Shown: positions 12,071-24,725, numbered from the stretch's first letter. The stretch: 64,000 nucleotides of DNA from Botryllus schlosseri (GCA_051294905.1 CM119371.1:32180001-32244000), one strand, 5' to 3'. Made by a program: numbers and translations. Notes: a model not told the origin generated them from the sequence alone.

Positions 12071-14092
12071 ATGAATTTCTGGAGAAAACGCGAAAGAGGA
12101 CTGCATCTAGTCACCGCGTTGGACATCATCAGAGCAAATCCCAACACATGCGACTTCGAAGTGAGATTCTGCGGTCAAGTCTTCCGAGCGCATCGCGCCG
12201 TGTTAATGGCTTCGTCTGACTATTTCAAATCTATCCTCGCCCGCGACACGACCGAATTCAAACAAGGATTTGTCGAAGTATCAGCCGTCATTAATGCTGC
12301 TGCATTCAAAAAATGCTTGGAATATCTATACACCGGTGAAATAACGATCGATTTCAATACGGTAGAAGGCATTCTACGCGCCAGCCGCATTTTAATAATG
12401 AAAGAAATTGATGAGATATGTTTCGATTTCTTGAAAGAGAACCTGTCTTTGAATAAAACTCTGTACGTTTTGAGCTTGGCCACGGTTTACGACTCGCCCA
12501 GTACGGTAGAAGATGCTCTCAAGTTTGTTATCAGACATTACGCGGAATTCATAGAGACGGACGAATTCAAGGCCTCTGATATTGAAGTCGCCATTGAATT
12601 ATTGAGGTCAGTTTTGTCGCATCCTACTGAGGTCTTGTGGAGAGGCGTAGTCAATTGGATTGAGTATGATATCGCCAAACGTAATGGGGATTTGATACGC
12701 TTTTTGGAAGAAATCAAACAGTTTAATCTCGAGTCGACTTTAGTGCATATTTTCCCCCATCCTCTCGTCAGCAAGAACAGAGAAGCCACGAAATTCATAG
12801 TAACTAACGTATTCTTTGAACACCGCGCTAACATCTGGCGGTATCTCGACCCCATCAATTGTTTTTTGGCTTACAACTGGACGCAAGACTACAACTCCGA
12901 CCAGAGACACGCCGATTTTCTAACTGTCGTCTTGAAATATATGAAGTCGTACCTGAACAGAATCTTTGAGAACGATCAGCTTGTTATTCTTAAAAAGGAA
13001 GACTTCGCCACCATTTTGGCGTCTAAAGAAGCCAGTTTCTTTTGCGAAACCGTACGATGGAAAGCTATAATCAACTGGATGAAAGGCGACAAGTCGCGTG
13101 AAGCGGATTTCGACGACCTGTTTCCGTTGTTAGACCTTAGGAATATGTCAGTTAACTTCTTACAAGATTACATACGCCCGCATCCTCTGATACAACGATC
13201 GCAGCAGCATAAAGAGCTGATAACAGACGAGATGTTTTTACATACACAGAGAAAAACGCGCGTAAATTCGTGCCTGCTATTCGATAATACAACAGGCCAT
13301 TTGCATTGTCATTACCCGGTCGGTTGGCAATCTTCTCCACCTAGTAAAAAGCTAGTTACCGGTACTTTGCTAGGCGGAAACGGGGAAGGGTACATCTTAA
13401 AATTTCCAAAGCTCTACAAGATAAGACCCAACGGGGCTATTGAAACCAAGCAGTCAAGCCCGATTGTAGCAGTTGTTAAAATAGCCCTCATCCATTCCGG
13501 TGTGATATACGTGTTTCACGAACTCGGAAAACACTCAACCTTTGACTTGTCTCATTGCAAATGGCGTATGGCGTCTCACAGCTTCGATATTCCGGAAGGT
13601 ACGGGGGTGTGTTCTACTGAAGAAGGAATGCTGTTTTTAGGCGGGGGAGATGACGGTAAATTCACCAAGCTTTACGATCCGGCGAAGCCTTATGAAGTGT
13701 CGCGACAAATACCGCCCATGCAGTACGGTAGGTCGCACGCTACTTGCGCTGCGGTAGGTACCTCTGTGTTTTTAGTGCGAGGTCAAGATCACTTTGAATT
13801 CAGCTCTGGAAGTCGGACAGATGTTCAAGTGTATTCCTTCAAAGCGAATTCGTGGTCGATTTTGAACGAGTCTTATCTCACGTTCGCGGACAACGTGGTG
13901 TGTTGCTGTGGTTTGGATTCTGCGTTTTTGATGGTCGGATACAAAACCATAGCCGTGGGTAGCATGAGCAGAAAACGAAGGGAAGGTGTACTGCAACTGC
14001 AAGAGATATCTGCGTGGGAGGTGTCCACGATTAAGGACGTGCCGATGCTACGCCACGCGCAAATCGCCGGCTGGATTCTGCACGAAATGTAA
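12071..14092 (+). CDS. Intronless BTB-BACK-BACK-Kelch-like protein, paralog 1 (673 aa)
   Basis: BTB motif CDFEVRF..FRAHRAVLMASSDYF..LEYLYTGEI; two BACK-like segments; Kelch-like LFLGG..YDP..PM..GRS..CAAV..VF..WS. Uninterrupted ORF. Confidence 0.92.
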   Translation: MNFWRKRERGLHLVTALDIIRANPNTCDFEVRFCGQVFRAHRAVLMASSDYFKSILARDTTEFKQGFVEVSAVINAAAFKKCLEYLYTGEITIDFNTVEGILRASRILIMKEIDEICFDFLKENLSLNKTLYVLSLATVYDSPSTVEDALKFVIRHYAEFIETDEFKASDIEVAIELLRSVLSHPTEVLWRGVVNWIEYDIAKRNGDLIRFLEEIKQFNLESTLVHIFPHPLVSKNREATKFIVTNVFFEHRANIWRYLDPINCFLAYNWTQDYNSDQRHADFLTVVLKYMKSYLNRIFENDQLVILKKEDFATILASKEASFFCETVRWKAIINWMKGDKSREADFDDLFPLLDLRNMSVNFLQDYIRPHPLIQRSQQHKELITDEMFLHTQRKTRVNSCLLFDNTTGHLHCHYPVGWQSSPPSKKLVTGTLLGGNGEGYILKFPKLYKIRPNGAIETKQSSPIVAVVKIALIHSGVIYVFHELGKHSTFDLSHCKWRMASHSFDIPEGTGVCSTEEGMLFLGGGDDGKFTKLYDPAKPYEVSRQIPPMQYGRSHATCAAVGTSVFLVRGQDHFEFSSGSRTDVQVYSFKANSWSILNESYLTFADNVVCCCGLDSAFLMVGYKTIAVGSMSRKRREGVLQLQEISAWEVSTIKDVPMLRHAQIAGWILHEM

Positions 14093-14114
14093 AACTGATG
14101 AATAAGATGTGTAA

Positions 14115-14490
14115 TAGTCACTGTATCCTGTATGCTAAACCCTCATTTATTTAGAATTGGATGCTCAAATAACCTGTTCTGTCATCACTGCACTGTCTCT
14201 GAAACTGTCGACCATTTTCTTCTCAACTGTTCAGGATATGAGTTTCAACATTCCTTGCGCATAGAATACTGCCACAATCGTAATGGATTCACGTCGTATA
14301 AACTGTTAGTTTTGTCTGAGCTAGGATTAACCCCAATCGCCGAGTTTGTGATTTCATGTCGTAGATTCCTATAATTATGATCAGTAATGTTCAAGCTAGA
14401 TAAACTCACGAAGTATTTTGTAACAGTAGGTGATTATAAACTGTGGCGCACCATTCCTTTATAAGTTAAGCGCCACTATACTTTTACAAT
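14115..14490 (+). mobile_element. 3' fragment of an I/Nimb/Jockey-group LINE
   Basis: LNPHLFRIG..C..C..ETVDHFLLNC zinc-knuckle-like ORF2 end, then a GTGGCGC...GCGCCAC stem-loop at 14443-14477. Confidence 0.7.
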
Positions 14491-14679
14491 GCTTATAATG
14501 ATAGTAAGCCGAAGATTCGCCTATTTCCACATTTTATTTCTATTGGCCATCTGGAATCGATACGAAGAATGAACACGAGAGTGCGTGTTGCTGTTTATTG
14601 TATTTGAGAATGAGCATCGCGCGTCTTTGAGAATTGTAGGCCTAGGCCTATTTGAGAGTGCGCTAACCGGATTAGAAGC

Positions 14680-15840
14680 TGTTGTTGTTAGTGGGATTCA
14701 TGGTGTCTGTCGACAACTATGGTCATTCACACCAGGCCGTTATTCCTTATTTTCGATCCGTATCTGCCGACTTCTAGGCTTTTCGTAAGACACCGCTTAT
14801 GCGGATGAGATTGCCAGGAGGGGCCTAGATAAACCTCCAGCACATAGGTAGGAATTCTACGGAGTCGACCTCGGTCGGACTCGAACCCACAACCCATTGG
14901 TGTTGTAGCTGTGGAATATACCACTACGCCAGGGGCGGGCAACTTCTCCAGTCGCCGGGCCGGATATACTTGGCGGGCCGGATTGCTCAATCGATACATT
15001 ATTCTCCCATTTATCCACATAGACAAGGTGTAAATCGTATTTAATAAATGTATTTTAACGATAGCAATGTCACTTCAAAGCCATTTCTCGCCGATGATGA
15101 CGAAGACAATTTGGATTTGAGAACAGCATTGTCATACAGGCGCCGCCATGTCTGCTTCTCTCTGATCAATCAACACACGGTGCAATCCCTAATTAAGATT
15201 TCAAGGCGTTCGATAATCCCGGTACCCCAAATTTACCAAGATATCAATTCATTAGGGCTGAGTAGGTGACGAGATAGGGTCGTTGCTCAACTGTGTGGCC
15301 TATTTTATCTCGATATTGAATTCACGCGGACCGAGACTTCTACGACATTTGAAAAGTGCATCGCGACCAATTTTGAGTTGGCAACCCCTGGCATAAGCGG
15401 TGTCTTACAAAAGCCTAGAAGTGTGCCGTGCCACATGTCGGCGACTACGGAATCAAAAATATGAAATATCGGCCTGGTGTAAATTACCATTGTAGTCGAC
15501 AAACAACATGACTACCACAAACGATATTAGGGTTGAGTACATCGTAAATTCCTATAATGCATGTCTTCCCGCTTCGACGAACTTGAGCGTAAGCTCCACT
15601 ATCTCACGCTGCGCAGTGCACACTGCACAATGCACTGCACATGCATGTATGTATATAATAACAGTCACTAAGATTTGACGTAGTAAGCAAGTATAGAGGG
15701 GAATCTCGGCAGACTAGCCGCGGGCCACATTATCATATAAGACGGAAAACTGTCCGCGGGCCGGACAAAATCCCTTCGCGGGCCGGATCCGGCCCGCGGG
15801 CCGTATGTTGCCCACCCCTGCACTACGCTATCTCGCCACC
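14680..15840 (-). mobile_element. tRNA-derived SINE S1 split in its A-box region by a hAT MITE
   Basis: The SINE body 14680-14929 (B box GGTTCGAGTCC) resumes at 15821-15840 after the MITE. Confidence 0.75.
14930..15820. mobile_element. hAT (Buster/Charlie-type) MITE
   Basis: TIR CAGGGGCGGGCAAC / GTTGCCCACCCCTG with a perfect TSD cactacgc. Contains a partial S1 SINE at 15390-15520. Confidence 0.92.
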
Positions 15841-16002
15841 GCATTAGAAGTTTCATGCTACCGCTGGATTTTAGCAGTTAAACTGACCAATATATATATA
15901 TTTTGATATTCTATTGTTGCACGATCAGTAATGCTACTCCAACAATAGGGTAAATAATTACCGAATATATGAAATCTGTAGAACATAGTGTCGTATATAA
16001 AC

Positions 16003-16335
16003 TAGCGTTACCATGCGGTCATTTAAGTGGATTTGTCCTCTCTTTTGAAGCAATGTCCGCCCGTCGCCCAAATGTCCTCATTTTTGACAATTTGTCGTGA
16101 AATTTTGGCCTAATATAGACGACTGGTTGCGTGGGAGTCAAATCTGAAAAAAAGAGATATTTTAGTCAACGCCGGTAAATGCGGGTGAGTCAAATCTGAA
16201 AAATGAATTTTTTTAGTCAAAACAACAAGATTTCCAGTAAATATTTCAAAATCAGCTGTTTTCAATTTCGGTAGACAAACTTTTATGATTTGAAAAAGTG
16301 ACCTCCTTTCTCGATTACAAAATATGGTAACCCTA
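16003..16335. mobile_element. MITE family K (TAGGGTTACC termini)
   Basis: TAGCGTTACC / GGTAACCCTA ends with GTCCTC internal repeats, as in 18910-19220. Confidence 0.75.
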
Positions 16336-16781
16336 TGTAATGTTTCTGCGCGGCACGCGAAATGATCGCGTGGCGATTATAGGCGCAGAAGCCTGTCTAA
16401 TCTTGACGGTCGGTAACGCAGGTATAAATCGAACACAGCTATTTACTAAAATGATTGAATATAATGACGCAAATTTGGCAATGGCAGAGTAAACGTAGGA
16501 TTTATAACAATGCTTGACCGCAAATCGTCCACCTTCTTTACAGCAAAGTAATCAATAAAAACTTGTCTAGCAAGTGAATATATTTAAACAAGTCATTTGG
16601 GGTACAGAACTTCAAAATAACGCGACTAAATTAATAATATGAAGTTATTGTTTCGCGTTAATTGAATATATAGAGAAAGAAAACGCGACCGATAATGAAT
16701 GCACCGAGCAGTAATTAAATAGAAATACACAAATTTCACACGAAACAAGGTAACGCCGTATACGCAACGCACTCTGTAACA
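16336..16781 (-). mobile_element. Possible solo LTR
   Basis: TGTAA...TGTAACA (TG..CA) bounded segment lying between the end of MITE K and the second copy of its apparent TSD, atataaac. No clear LTR TSD. Confidence 0.35.
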
Positions 16782-17796
16782 TATAAACCCTCGTTGTCAG
16801 TAATGGAGTACTTTTTACGAGTACATAAAGTGGTTTCGGCCTACTTGCGCTGCATTGGTTACGTTTTAGACTACTTCCCTGTAGAAACGTGACTGACGGT
16901 CTGTCTAATATACGAGACGTGTAGTTCTCATGTATTCAGTCTTCAGTGACGACCAAGCACCGAAGCATGCACCTGCGATGTCGTCACACCCTAGTGGCGC
17001 CATAGAGCTACCACTACATTCCCCTTCTAATTCCCAGTATTTTAGGCAAAAAACTAATTACTTTTTGCACTTTCCACGTTGCAAAGTAGAAAATAGTTTT
17101 GAGAGATGTTTGCATGACTTTTGTGAGCGAAATTTCAGTATAAATAGACTTATAATAGCCCCTATATCGCAGTAACTGAACAATGAACATATTTTTCAAT
17201 ATCGCACATTTTTGTACCCTGCTATTTCAAAATAAGCCACCTCCGATATAATAACTGCTAATGGTATTTGATCTCTCGACCTAATCTACATCTTGAAACT
17301 ACTTGGTTGAGTTCCTTTCAGTCATTCATTTTAAACTCCCATTTGAAGTATAGCTTTGAAATCGACAAACTCTGTATGACTTATCGAAGTCTCGTATATG
17401 AGGACAGATAATTGAAGAATAAGCCCAGAGACTGCACGTCTTTAATCTAATTATTCTCTAATGTTCACGAGTCTGCGCGCACTCACCAACTCACTGCGTG
17501 GTCCCTTGGACAACAGAGCGTAACGACTAAAAAAAGTTCATCACTTCGGCCTTTTTGTGCGAAGCTTAGATTTTCTGTGCACAGAGACCGCGTGTCAGCG
17601 TGGCAGTAGTAATTTGAACTTGATTTCAACACGAAACCGAACAGTAAACACTATGACTCGGACTCGACCCGTTGATCCCTGACTTGGACTCGGACTTGAC
17701 TCGGTTGTGAATTGAAAATGACTCGACTTGACTCGAGTCAAAACTATACAAATTTCAAATTTACTTGTGATTCGAAACGTAGTGGCTTGGTTATAG

Positions 17797-18747
17797 CAGT
17801 GTTGGGATCAAGTCACTAACTTCGAGTCACGAGTCATTTCGAGTCATTGCACATTTTGACTCGAGTCAAGTCAAGTCAATCGATTTTCGAAGGTGACTCG
17901 AGTCAAGTCAAGTCACCCGATTTTTGGCGGTGACTCGAGTCAAGTCACGTCAAGTCACGAGTCAAGTCACAATTCAAGTCAAGTTGCCTTTTCAAATCAT
18001 GGGGCATGATTACGTCATTTTATTTTGCTATCGGTCTGAAATACAGATTGAGTGGTCATTGATTCTGAACCGATGAACGAATCTATAGTTAAATATACAC
18101 GTAAGAAGGTGTTGTAGCCTATCGCTCACGTATATTGTATATGCAGAACTGTTAAACTACGTAAGTAATTGCATAGCCTCAGTTTATAGTTCCCAGCAGA
18201 GTAGAGAATAGAGAAACGAATTGATAAGATGCAATACATTACCCGCTTATAAATTGATATGATACAATTCGAGCCCACGCCAAGGGTTGAGAACTATATA
18301 AACTATATTCGAATTCAATTTCAATAAAACAAGAGGTTTGGTTAAGGTAAGAACAGAAATAGACATTTTGACGTTAAATTATTTTGCTATGGTTTACGAC
18401 AACGTAAGCTGTAAGCTTCGATCACTTCGTTTGCGGTCAATTTATTTGTGAGAGAACAATGGAGGCTCAGTAAAACGCACGATCATTGATGATTGCTTCC
18501 CACGGGTTACACCAGCGTTTCGCGAACATTCCGACCATATGCAGGATACAGTGATTTTTATCGACACCGATTACTGCATGACTTGAAATTGACTCGTGAA
18601 TTTTTCTCCGAGTCACGAGTCAATCCACATTTCTGATACGCCGAGTCAAGTCAAGTCAAGTCATTTTAGCAAGGTGACTCGAGTTAAGTCAAGTCATACG
18701 AAAAAAGTGACTCGAGTCAAGTCATGACTCGAGTCATCCCAACACTG
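17797..18747. mobile_element. hAT-type MITE with GACTCGAGTC/CAAGT subterminal arrays
   Basis: TIR CAGTGTTGGGAT / ATCCCAACACTG with a perfect TSD ggttatag. It abuts a truncated related element (17620-17795). Confidence 0.93.
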
Positions 18748-18752
18748 GGTTA

Positions 18753-20530
18753 TAGTCGGGTAGAATTTTTGGTCAACCTAGAAAAAATTATTATAAAGAC
18801 GTATTATACTGTTGAAAAGATAATTTTATCAGCTTTTCAATGATGGGTTTTGTCATTTCTTTTACGTTGGAAAAAAAAGTTATGACAAAAACGTGCCAGG
18901 GGGTAAAACTAGGGTTACCATACGTCCTCTTTTAATAGGATTTCTGCTATTTTTTCGCTTTTTTGAAAGTGTCCTCGGAGGACGCCCAAATGTCCTCTAT
19001 TTTGAGAATTTTGGTTAAGTATAGAGCCAAATTCGACTGAGATACACAGCACTGTAGTAATGCTCCGGCGGCAATTTCGGGAGCTGGGCCGGAAAATCGA
19101 CCTTTATTTTTTTTTTAGTCAACCGACCACGAAGTGTGAAAAATTTACCTATTTTTCAGAATTTACCTCTGGTTTTGATAAAGTGTCCTCTTTTCAGATT
19201 TCCAAAATATTGTAACCCTAGGTAAAACACTATAGGCTATATCTATTGCCCAACATTATAATACAATTATAAGCTAAAATACGATAGGCCTACCTTCGTA
19301 ACTGAATGCCACACCATAAATTGGAATATTCATATCAGCAAAGCAAACTAACAATCGGACAGCAAAACAATACTGTAGTATTTGTGCATATCATTCCGCA
19401 ACATTCCTTGCATGACGATTGACGATGTGCATGTTAAGCCCACTTCCCGACAAGAGCAGCGTCTGTTACATGATCCCTGCAGCTACGTCGAATGATTTTC
19501 AAGACATGTTCTGGTGCAGCAGCTACATCCACCATAACTGGAGAAGACATGTCATCTTTCGTTTGCCAACCCCATGTCAAGGGGTTCAAATCTGAGTTGC
19601 TCAAAGTTCTCTAAACTTTCAGCTGGTGATATACTCTGAAGCCGTGGTGATAGGCAGCTCGTGGTGATGGTGGAAGGAGAGCTGGATCTACGTGAGAACG
19701 ATTAGAGATGACCATTTCCTCGTACCTCTGTTTCCTGATTTGCGGTAATAAAGTATACGTAGACGAGTTTAAAAATTCGAAGAACCGTATCGAAGCCCTG
19801 TCAGCTTGATTCGGAGACACGTCGTCTTCGTAGAAAACATCGGCAACATTTCGCAAACTGCTTGGTTTCAACTTCCTAAATACAGATCCTTGCCCAATAT
19901 ATAGGAACTGCGAAAGTTGTATCGCAGCCCGTAAATGCATGAGCGAATAACAAGTACTCCAAAACAATGACATATAACTTCGCAGTAATATCTCTAACTC
20001 GGTAGCACTGTCTTTACTAGCAGTTTTTTCTTTTTGTAATGTTTGTCAAGAAGATATCAGGACAGTCGCGGTGCATAGCATGATGCACTAGCAAGCAAAG
20101 GACATCAGTATCGTCGGAGTAGGTGTCCCACCTACCGAATCAAAAGCAGAACGATTGTTGTATCTGCATCACTAGGGCACAAACGATCTTTGAAACCATT
20201 CAACTCCAGTTGTTTTGATAAAGCCACCACAAATCTGTGTCTGTTTGTATAATTTGAGATAAAGATGTTCCTTTCAGTTGGGCAAAGATTTCGATTATTT
20301 AATTCAGCAGTTTGAGACGTCGTACCAGAGCGCTTTGATGGGTCGAATCTTCGGTTGACACCCTGTAGCCATCAAAAACAAAGCTTTCGCATCTGTTTTT
20401 CTTCAAAATATCATCGCGTGATTCCTAATCTCTTATTATGGTGTCCCGGTCGCATCATCAGTGAGCCATTTCCCTTCATGCTTCTATGGTTTCGTTTCAA
20501 AGCAAACCATTGAATGAGGGAGCTTCGCTG
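18753..20530 (-). mobile_element. Academ(X)-like DNA transposon relic (XPG/PIN-like nuclease region + Cys-rich C-terminus)
   Basis: Minus-strand frameshifted motifs in order: VFDGY (~20375), DDTDVLCLLVHH (~20100), AHAFTGCDTT (~19930), LPPSPRAAYHHGFRVYHQ, WGW (~19570), CNRRCSCREVGLTC..CKECCG..C (~19400). Putative TAG terminus at 18753. Confidence 0.75.
18910..19220. mobile_element. MITE family K
   Basis: TAGGGTTAC / GTAACCCTA with a perfect TSD ggtaaaac. Confidence 0.92.
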
Positions 20531-20926
20531 ACGCTGATAGTTGTAATAAATAAGTTGTTAAATATAAGTCCTTCTAATCGCAATTTTCTGAATTTTGCAA
20601 TGCTTTGGGTTAAACTACATCGGTGATCGCTCTGAGACCAACACTGCGCTATTGATCACCCAACGATATTGAATTGAAAGATTGTTTACTTCTGTGTTGT
20701 GTGACGTGTCCAGTGTGTGTGTCGAGTGGCGCACATACAATTGACTGATTGAGCTATTAGAAAATATATTAGAATTAGGCCCAGGCGCAATGATTAGAGT
20801 ATTCGAATCTGAACTGAGTATCATTTCTAATGATTCGAGTCGAGTAGTTAGACATGACATTTTTCGAGCATTAAAGTTCTGTACCTTCAGTCCAACTGTC
20901 CAAGAAGCTCTTCTGTGAAATAACGA

Positions 20927-21636
20927 CAAGGCTGGCCAACCTTTTCAGCCAAAGGGCCACATTCGATCGACGAAATATTGCGCGGGCCACTAGCCGCGCC
21001 AAGCGCGAAAATTTTTTGAAGTTCATAGGTCAATAATATTGTCACTTGACTATATTGCGGGCATGTTGTATATCGCTGGGCTAATTTTGCGAGGACTGGG
21101 CTATTCGGCGCATGGACATATCGATATCGAAAGCTGCAACCAACATGCGTCAATCATTTCGTGCCTAGGTTTCATAGTCGACGGTCTTACTGCGAGCGCA
21201 AACGCAATGTCGCGTATGTTGAACGACACTTTGTCTTGTAATCGCGAATATAGTTCGACTCAATCTGATACATTAGGCATTCTTCCATTTTCACAAAAGG
21301 GCAACCATATTAAAAACAAGAAATCGAGTGACAACATGTTGCGCCAAGCTTGTTACAAATTTTTTTTTAGCTTTGATAAATCTATCGCGAATTATTCTGC
21401 TTTATTGTAGTGTGCGAAGATATACCAATATGTGAATAGCTGATGGATCTGTCAATGCGTCGGAACTGATATTTTAGTCATCACATCTCAAATGTTGCGG
21501 CCAGACTAATCAAATTTTTGGTTCGCCTTGCAAGTTCACAATCTGTGCAATCCATTTTTGATGATATTAGAAATTTCGGAAATTACCTCGCGGGCCACTC
21601 AAAACCTTCTCGCGGGCCACGGGTTGGCCGGCCCTG
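20927..21636. mobile_element. hAT-type MITE family N
   Basis: TIR CAAGGCTGGCCAACC / GGTTGGCCGGCCCTG; TSD aataacga / aattacga. Its 3' part recurs at 58225-58423. Confidence 0.85.
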
Positions 21637-22150
21637 AATTACGAGCTCCTTGCCACTAAGAGATAATTTTTGATTGAAAGTGATTGTTTCGACACTATTT
21701 TCCGCTGTGGACGGCTGTAAACCTCAATTGGTCGTATCGTGGCTTCTAAAATATGCAGTACAAAGCCACTGCTACGCATACTGGTGGAAATGATATATCT
21801 GTGAAGTTGTGATCAACATTGTCACAATGAAATCCGCATGTGGTCAAAAAAAACAAATAATCTTCAATATCCTGTATAACTGGCGTTATATTATATAATT
21901 TATTTCAACTTTGAACAGTATTTATACTGTCGTGACGTAATGAGTACTAGGCTAATCGATTCAGTATCGAATCGCTCAGGTACATGATATTGTCCAGTCC
22001 TAATTGCAATAAAAATGGGTACGGTACTTCTATGTCTAGCTGAGCAGATACAACTGCACTACGGTATATAAGTTGCACTGCAATAAAAATGATCATCTCT
22101 TCAGAAGCCATTCCAAGCGAATCAAATGGTGTAGGCCTACTGTGTGTATA

Positions 22151-24172
22151 ATGGATTTCTCAAGGCAGAGAGAAAGAGGATTACGTCTACTCCTTGCGAT
22201 TGACATTCTGAGACGACACAGTCCATCTACTTGTGATTTGGAAGTGCGATTTGGCGGGCAGACATTTCATGCTCATCGCGCTGTATTGGCAGCATCTTCG
22301 GATTACTTCGCGACAAAACTGAAATCCGGTAGCGACGAAAAGACGGATCTATATATCGAAATTGTTGGATTGGATGAGGAAAGCGTTCGTAAATGCTTGG
22401 AATATCTTTACACTGGAAAAATAGTCATTGACTTTGAAAGTCTGAACGTCATTCTTGAAGCCTGCAGTAAAATGAAGTTGGACGACATAAAAGAAATTTG
22501 TTTTGATTTCATGAAGGCTAACTTATCAGTCGACAAATGCTTAGATATCCTGGAATACGCTACTAAATATCATTCACAAAGCACCATTGATGCAACGTTC
22601 GGATTCATTTCTGATAATTTCCAAGGTTTCATTGGAACGGCAGGATACTGCAACGTTGAGAGAGATATGGCACTCGAATTTATTCGGAGATCGAAAAAAG
22701 TTGCAGCTCGTGTGATGTGGCGTGGGATTTCTAATTGGATCAATCACGATCCATCCAGTAGGAAGAACGATGTGATGCTATTTCTCAACGAAATTCCTCA
22801 ATTCGATCCCAAATCAACTTTGCATGACATTTTGAGTGATCCCCTTGTTTTCGGCAATGAGGACATTACACGATTTCTAGTTGAGACTGTATTTTTAGAT
22901 AAAGATGAAGATTTGGAACAACATCTTGATGACAGTAATTGGTTTCTTGCATACGAGAGTTTCGTAGTATGCTCGGCCGACCATCGTTGTGATCCATTCA
23001 GCAGAGCTATCCAAAGATATGTTTTCAAGAATTTCATGGTATTGTCGAAGCAACAGCAACTTCTTCGTATTGGTGAAGAGGATTTGTTTGTCATTCTCAA
23101 GGCAAACGAAACAACTAATTACTGTGAAACAATCAGATGGCAAGCTGTTGTTGATTGGATCGCTGTTGATAAATCCAGAGAGATTCATTTCGAGAAATTG
23201 GCGTCATTGATCAATTTCAAAAATCTTTCACCAAAGTTTATCAAAGAGCAAATTACAACTCATTCCTTAATGAAGGGTGCACCTGCTTTAAAAGAAATCA
23301 TCTTCAATGACGTTTTCTTTCACATGCAAAAAGGTACGAAATTAAACTCGTGTCTGTTATTTGACTCGTATTCCGGTGAGCTGCACTCTCATTTGAATGG
23401 CTCGTGGACACAGATATCGTCGAATAAGGATATCGCTAATGGTACATTGCTTGGAGGTAACGGAGAAGCATATGTGTTGAAGTTTCCGAAACTTTACAAG
23501 ATAAGGAAAGATGGTGCTGCAGAAATCAAAACACCGTGTAATAGGCTTGATGATGTGAAGGCAAAGGTAATTCATTCTGGAAGAATTTTTGTTTTCCACA
23601 GTCATAAAATGTATTCAAAATTTGATTTGTCGATTTGCAAGTGGGAAACTGGATCCATTGGATTTGGAATCCCAGTAGGATCAAGCTGTTGCTCTACCAG
23701 TAAAGGAATCTTGTTTCTTGGTGGAGTTGGGGGTGACCAACGATTTACCCAACTGTTTGATCCCGATTATCGACTCAGAGGCTATGGCCATATCAAATCG
23801 ATGCCAAACGGACGGTCATACACCAGCTGTGCAGCTGTTGCCAACACTGTATTTGTGGTTGGTCGAACTGGTAATCTACCTTATGGCGGACAAGTGGATA
23901 TTCAGATTTATTCTTTTGAATCAGATACCTGGTCTATGTTGGACACATCTATTTACCGTCTTGCGAAGGATTTGATATGCTGTTGTCCGGGGGAGTCTGT
24001 CTGTTTCGTGGCGGGGCACGATGGTGAAAATTGGTCCGAACGGGAACTACGAATACATAGTATGTCGGCCTGGGGCGTAAGCGCCCTGCAGCAAATTCCA
24101 AAAGTGAGTAATGCGCAGATCACAGGCTGGGCATGGGACAAGCCGGCTATTTCAGAAGCTCTGACTCAATAA
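22151..24172 (+). CDS. Intronless BTB-BACK-BACK-Kelch-like protein, paralog 2 (673 aa)
   Basis: ATG at 22151 (MDFSRQRERG) aligns with the other paralogs; the ORF-track TTG start at 22073 is unlikely. Same domain motifs as paralog 1. Confidence 0.92.
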   Translation: MDFSRQRERGLRLLLAIDILRRHSPSTCDLEVRFGGQTFHAHRAVLAASSDYFATKLKSGSDEKTDLYIEIVGLDEESVRKCLEYLYTGKIVIDFESLNVILEACSKMKLDDIKEICFDFMKANLSVDKCLDILEYATKYHSQSTIDATFGFISDNFQGFIGTAGYCNVERDMALEFIRRSKKVAARVMWRGISNWINHDPSSRKNDVMLFLNEIPQFDPKSTLHDILSDPLVFGNEDITRFLVETVFLDKDEDLEQHLDDSNWFLAYESFVVCSADHRCDPFSRAIQRYVFKNFMVLSKQQQLLRIGEEDLFVILKANETTNYCETIRWQAVVDWIAVDKSREIHFEKLASLINFKNLSPKFIKEQITTHSLMKGAPALKEIIFNDVFFHMQKGTKLNSCLLFDSYSGELHSHLNGSWTQISSNKDIANGTLLGGNGEAYVLKFPKLYKIRKDGAAEIKTPCNRLDDVKAKVIHSGRIFVFHSHKMYSKFDLSICKWETGSIGFGIPVGSSCCSTSKGILFLGGVGGDQRFTQLFDPDYRLRGYGHIKSMPNGRSYTSCAAVANTVFVVGRTGNLPYGGQVDIQIYSFESDTWSMLDTSIYRLAKDLICCCPGESVCFVAGHDGENWSERELRIHSMSAWGVSALQQIPKVSNAQITGWAWDKPAISEALTQ

Positions 24173-24539
24173 GTTCAAAACAAGACTACTACGATACTGA
24201 TACCATAACCTACCGAAGATATGGAAATTATTCACTGTAGTTATGCGTAATTACATAGTTCTTTTAATCTTTTGGGTAGCAATTCTTTTTAGTAGCAATA
24301 ATAAGTCCATTGTTGGGCATTGTTGACATCAGCGAATGCTTGCTTGATTTGGAAGTGCATCGAAAGGTATTATGCAAAGTACTTCGTAGTGGTGTCTTAT
24401 TGATTGCTTGTTTTGAAGGTGCAATAGTGTAGATGTAGATTTGTTGCAAGCAATCATGAAAGTCTGTTGTGTGTGTGGTCTCGGCTTTTTCCAGCGGGTT
24501 TTCCTGCGTGCTGACTCTTGTCACTTCATTTTCACCGTT

Positions 24540-24725
24540 TGTCCTATTTACGTGATCTTCAGTTGCTTTTTATTCAATGTGCAATGTGCATGTTTCTTAT
24601 TTAATTATTATTATATTAGCATATGTATGCCGAGGTGGGTGTTTTATCGTGAGTGTTATCCAAGTCGTTTCACTTTTTCCTATCAATTTATTTTATCGCA
24701 ATCTTGTGGTGATTTGAAATGATGA
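24540..24725 (+). mobile_element. CR1/L2-like LINE 3' UTR remnant (duplicated at ~37060-37225)
   Basis: Motifs TGTGCATG..GCCGAGGTGGGTGT..TATCGCAATCTTGTGGTG resemble the 3' UTR of the LINE at 52-290 read on its sense strand. Confidence 0.5.

Noticed and set aside
22073..22150. N-terminal extensions of paralogs 2-4 given by the ORF track (also 33004-32939 and 34628-34669)
   Set aside because: All four paralogs align from M(D/N)F. Gene 2's extension starts at TTG, and those of genes 3 and 4 cross acceptor-like sites.
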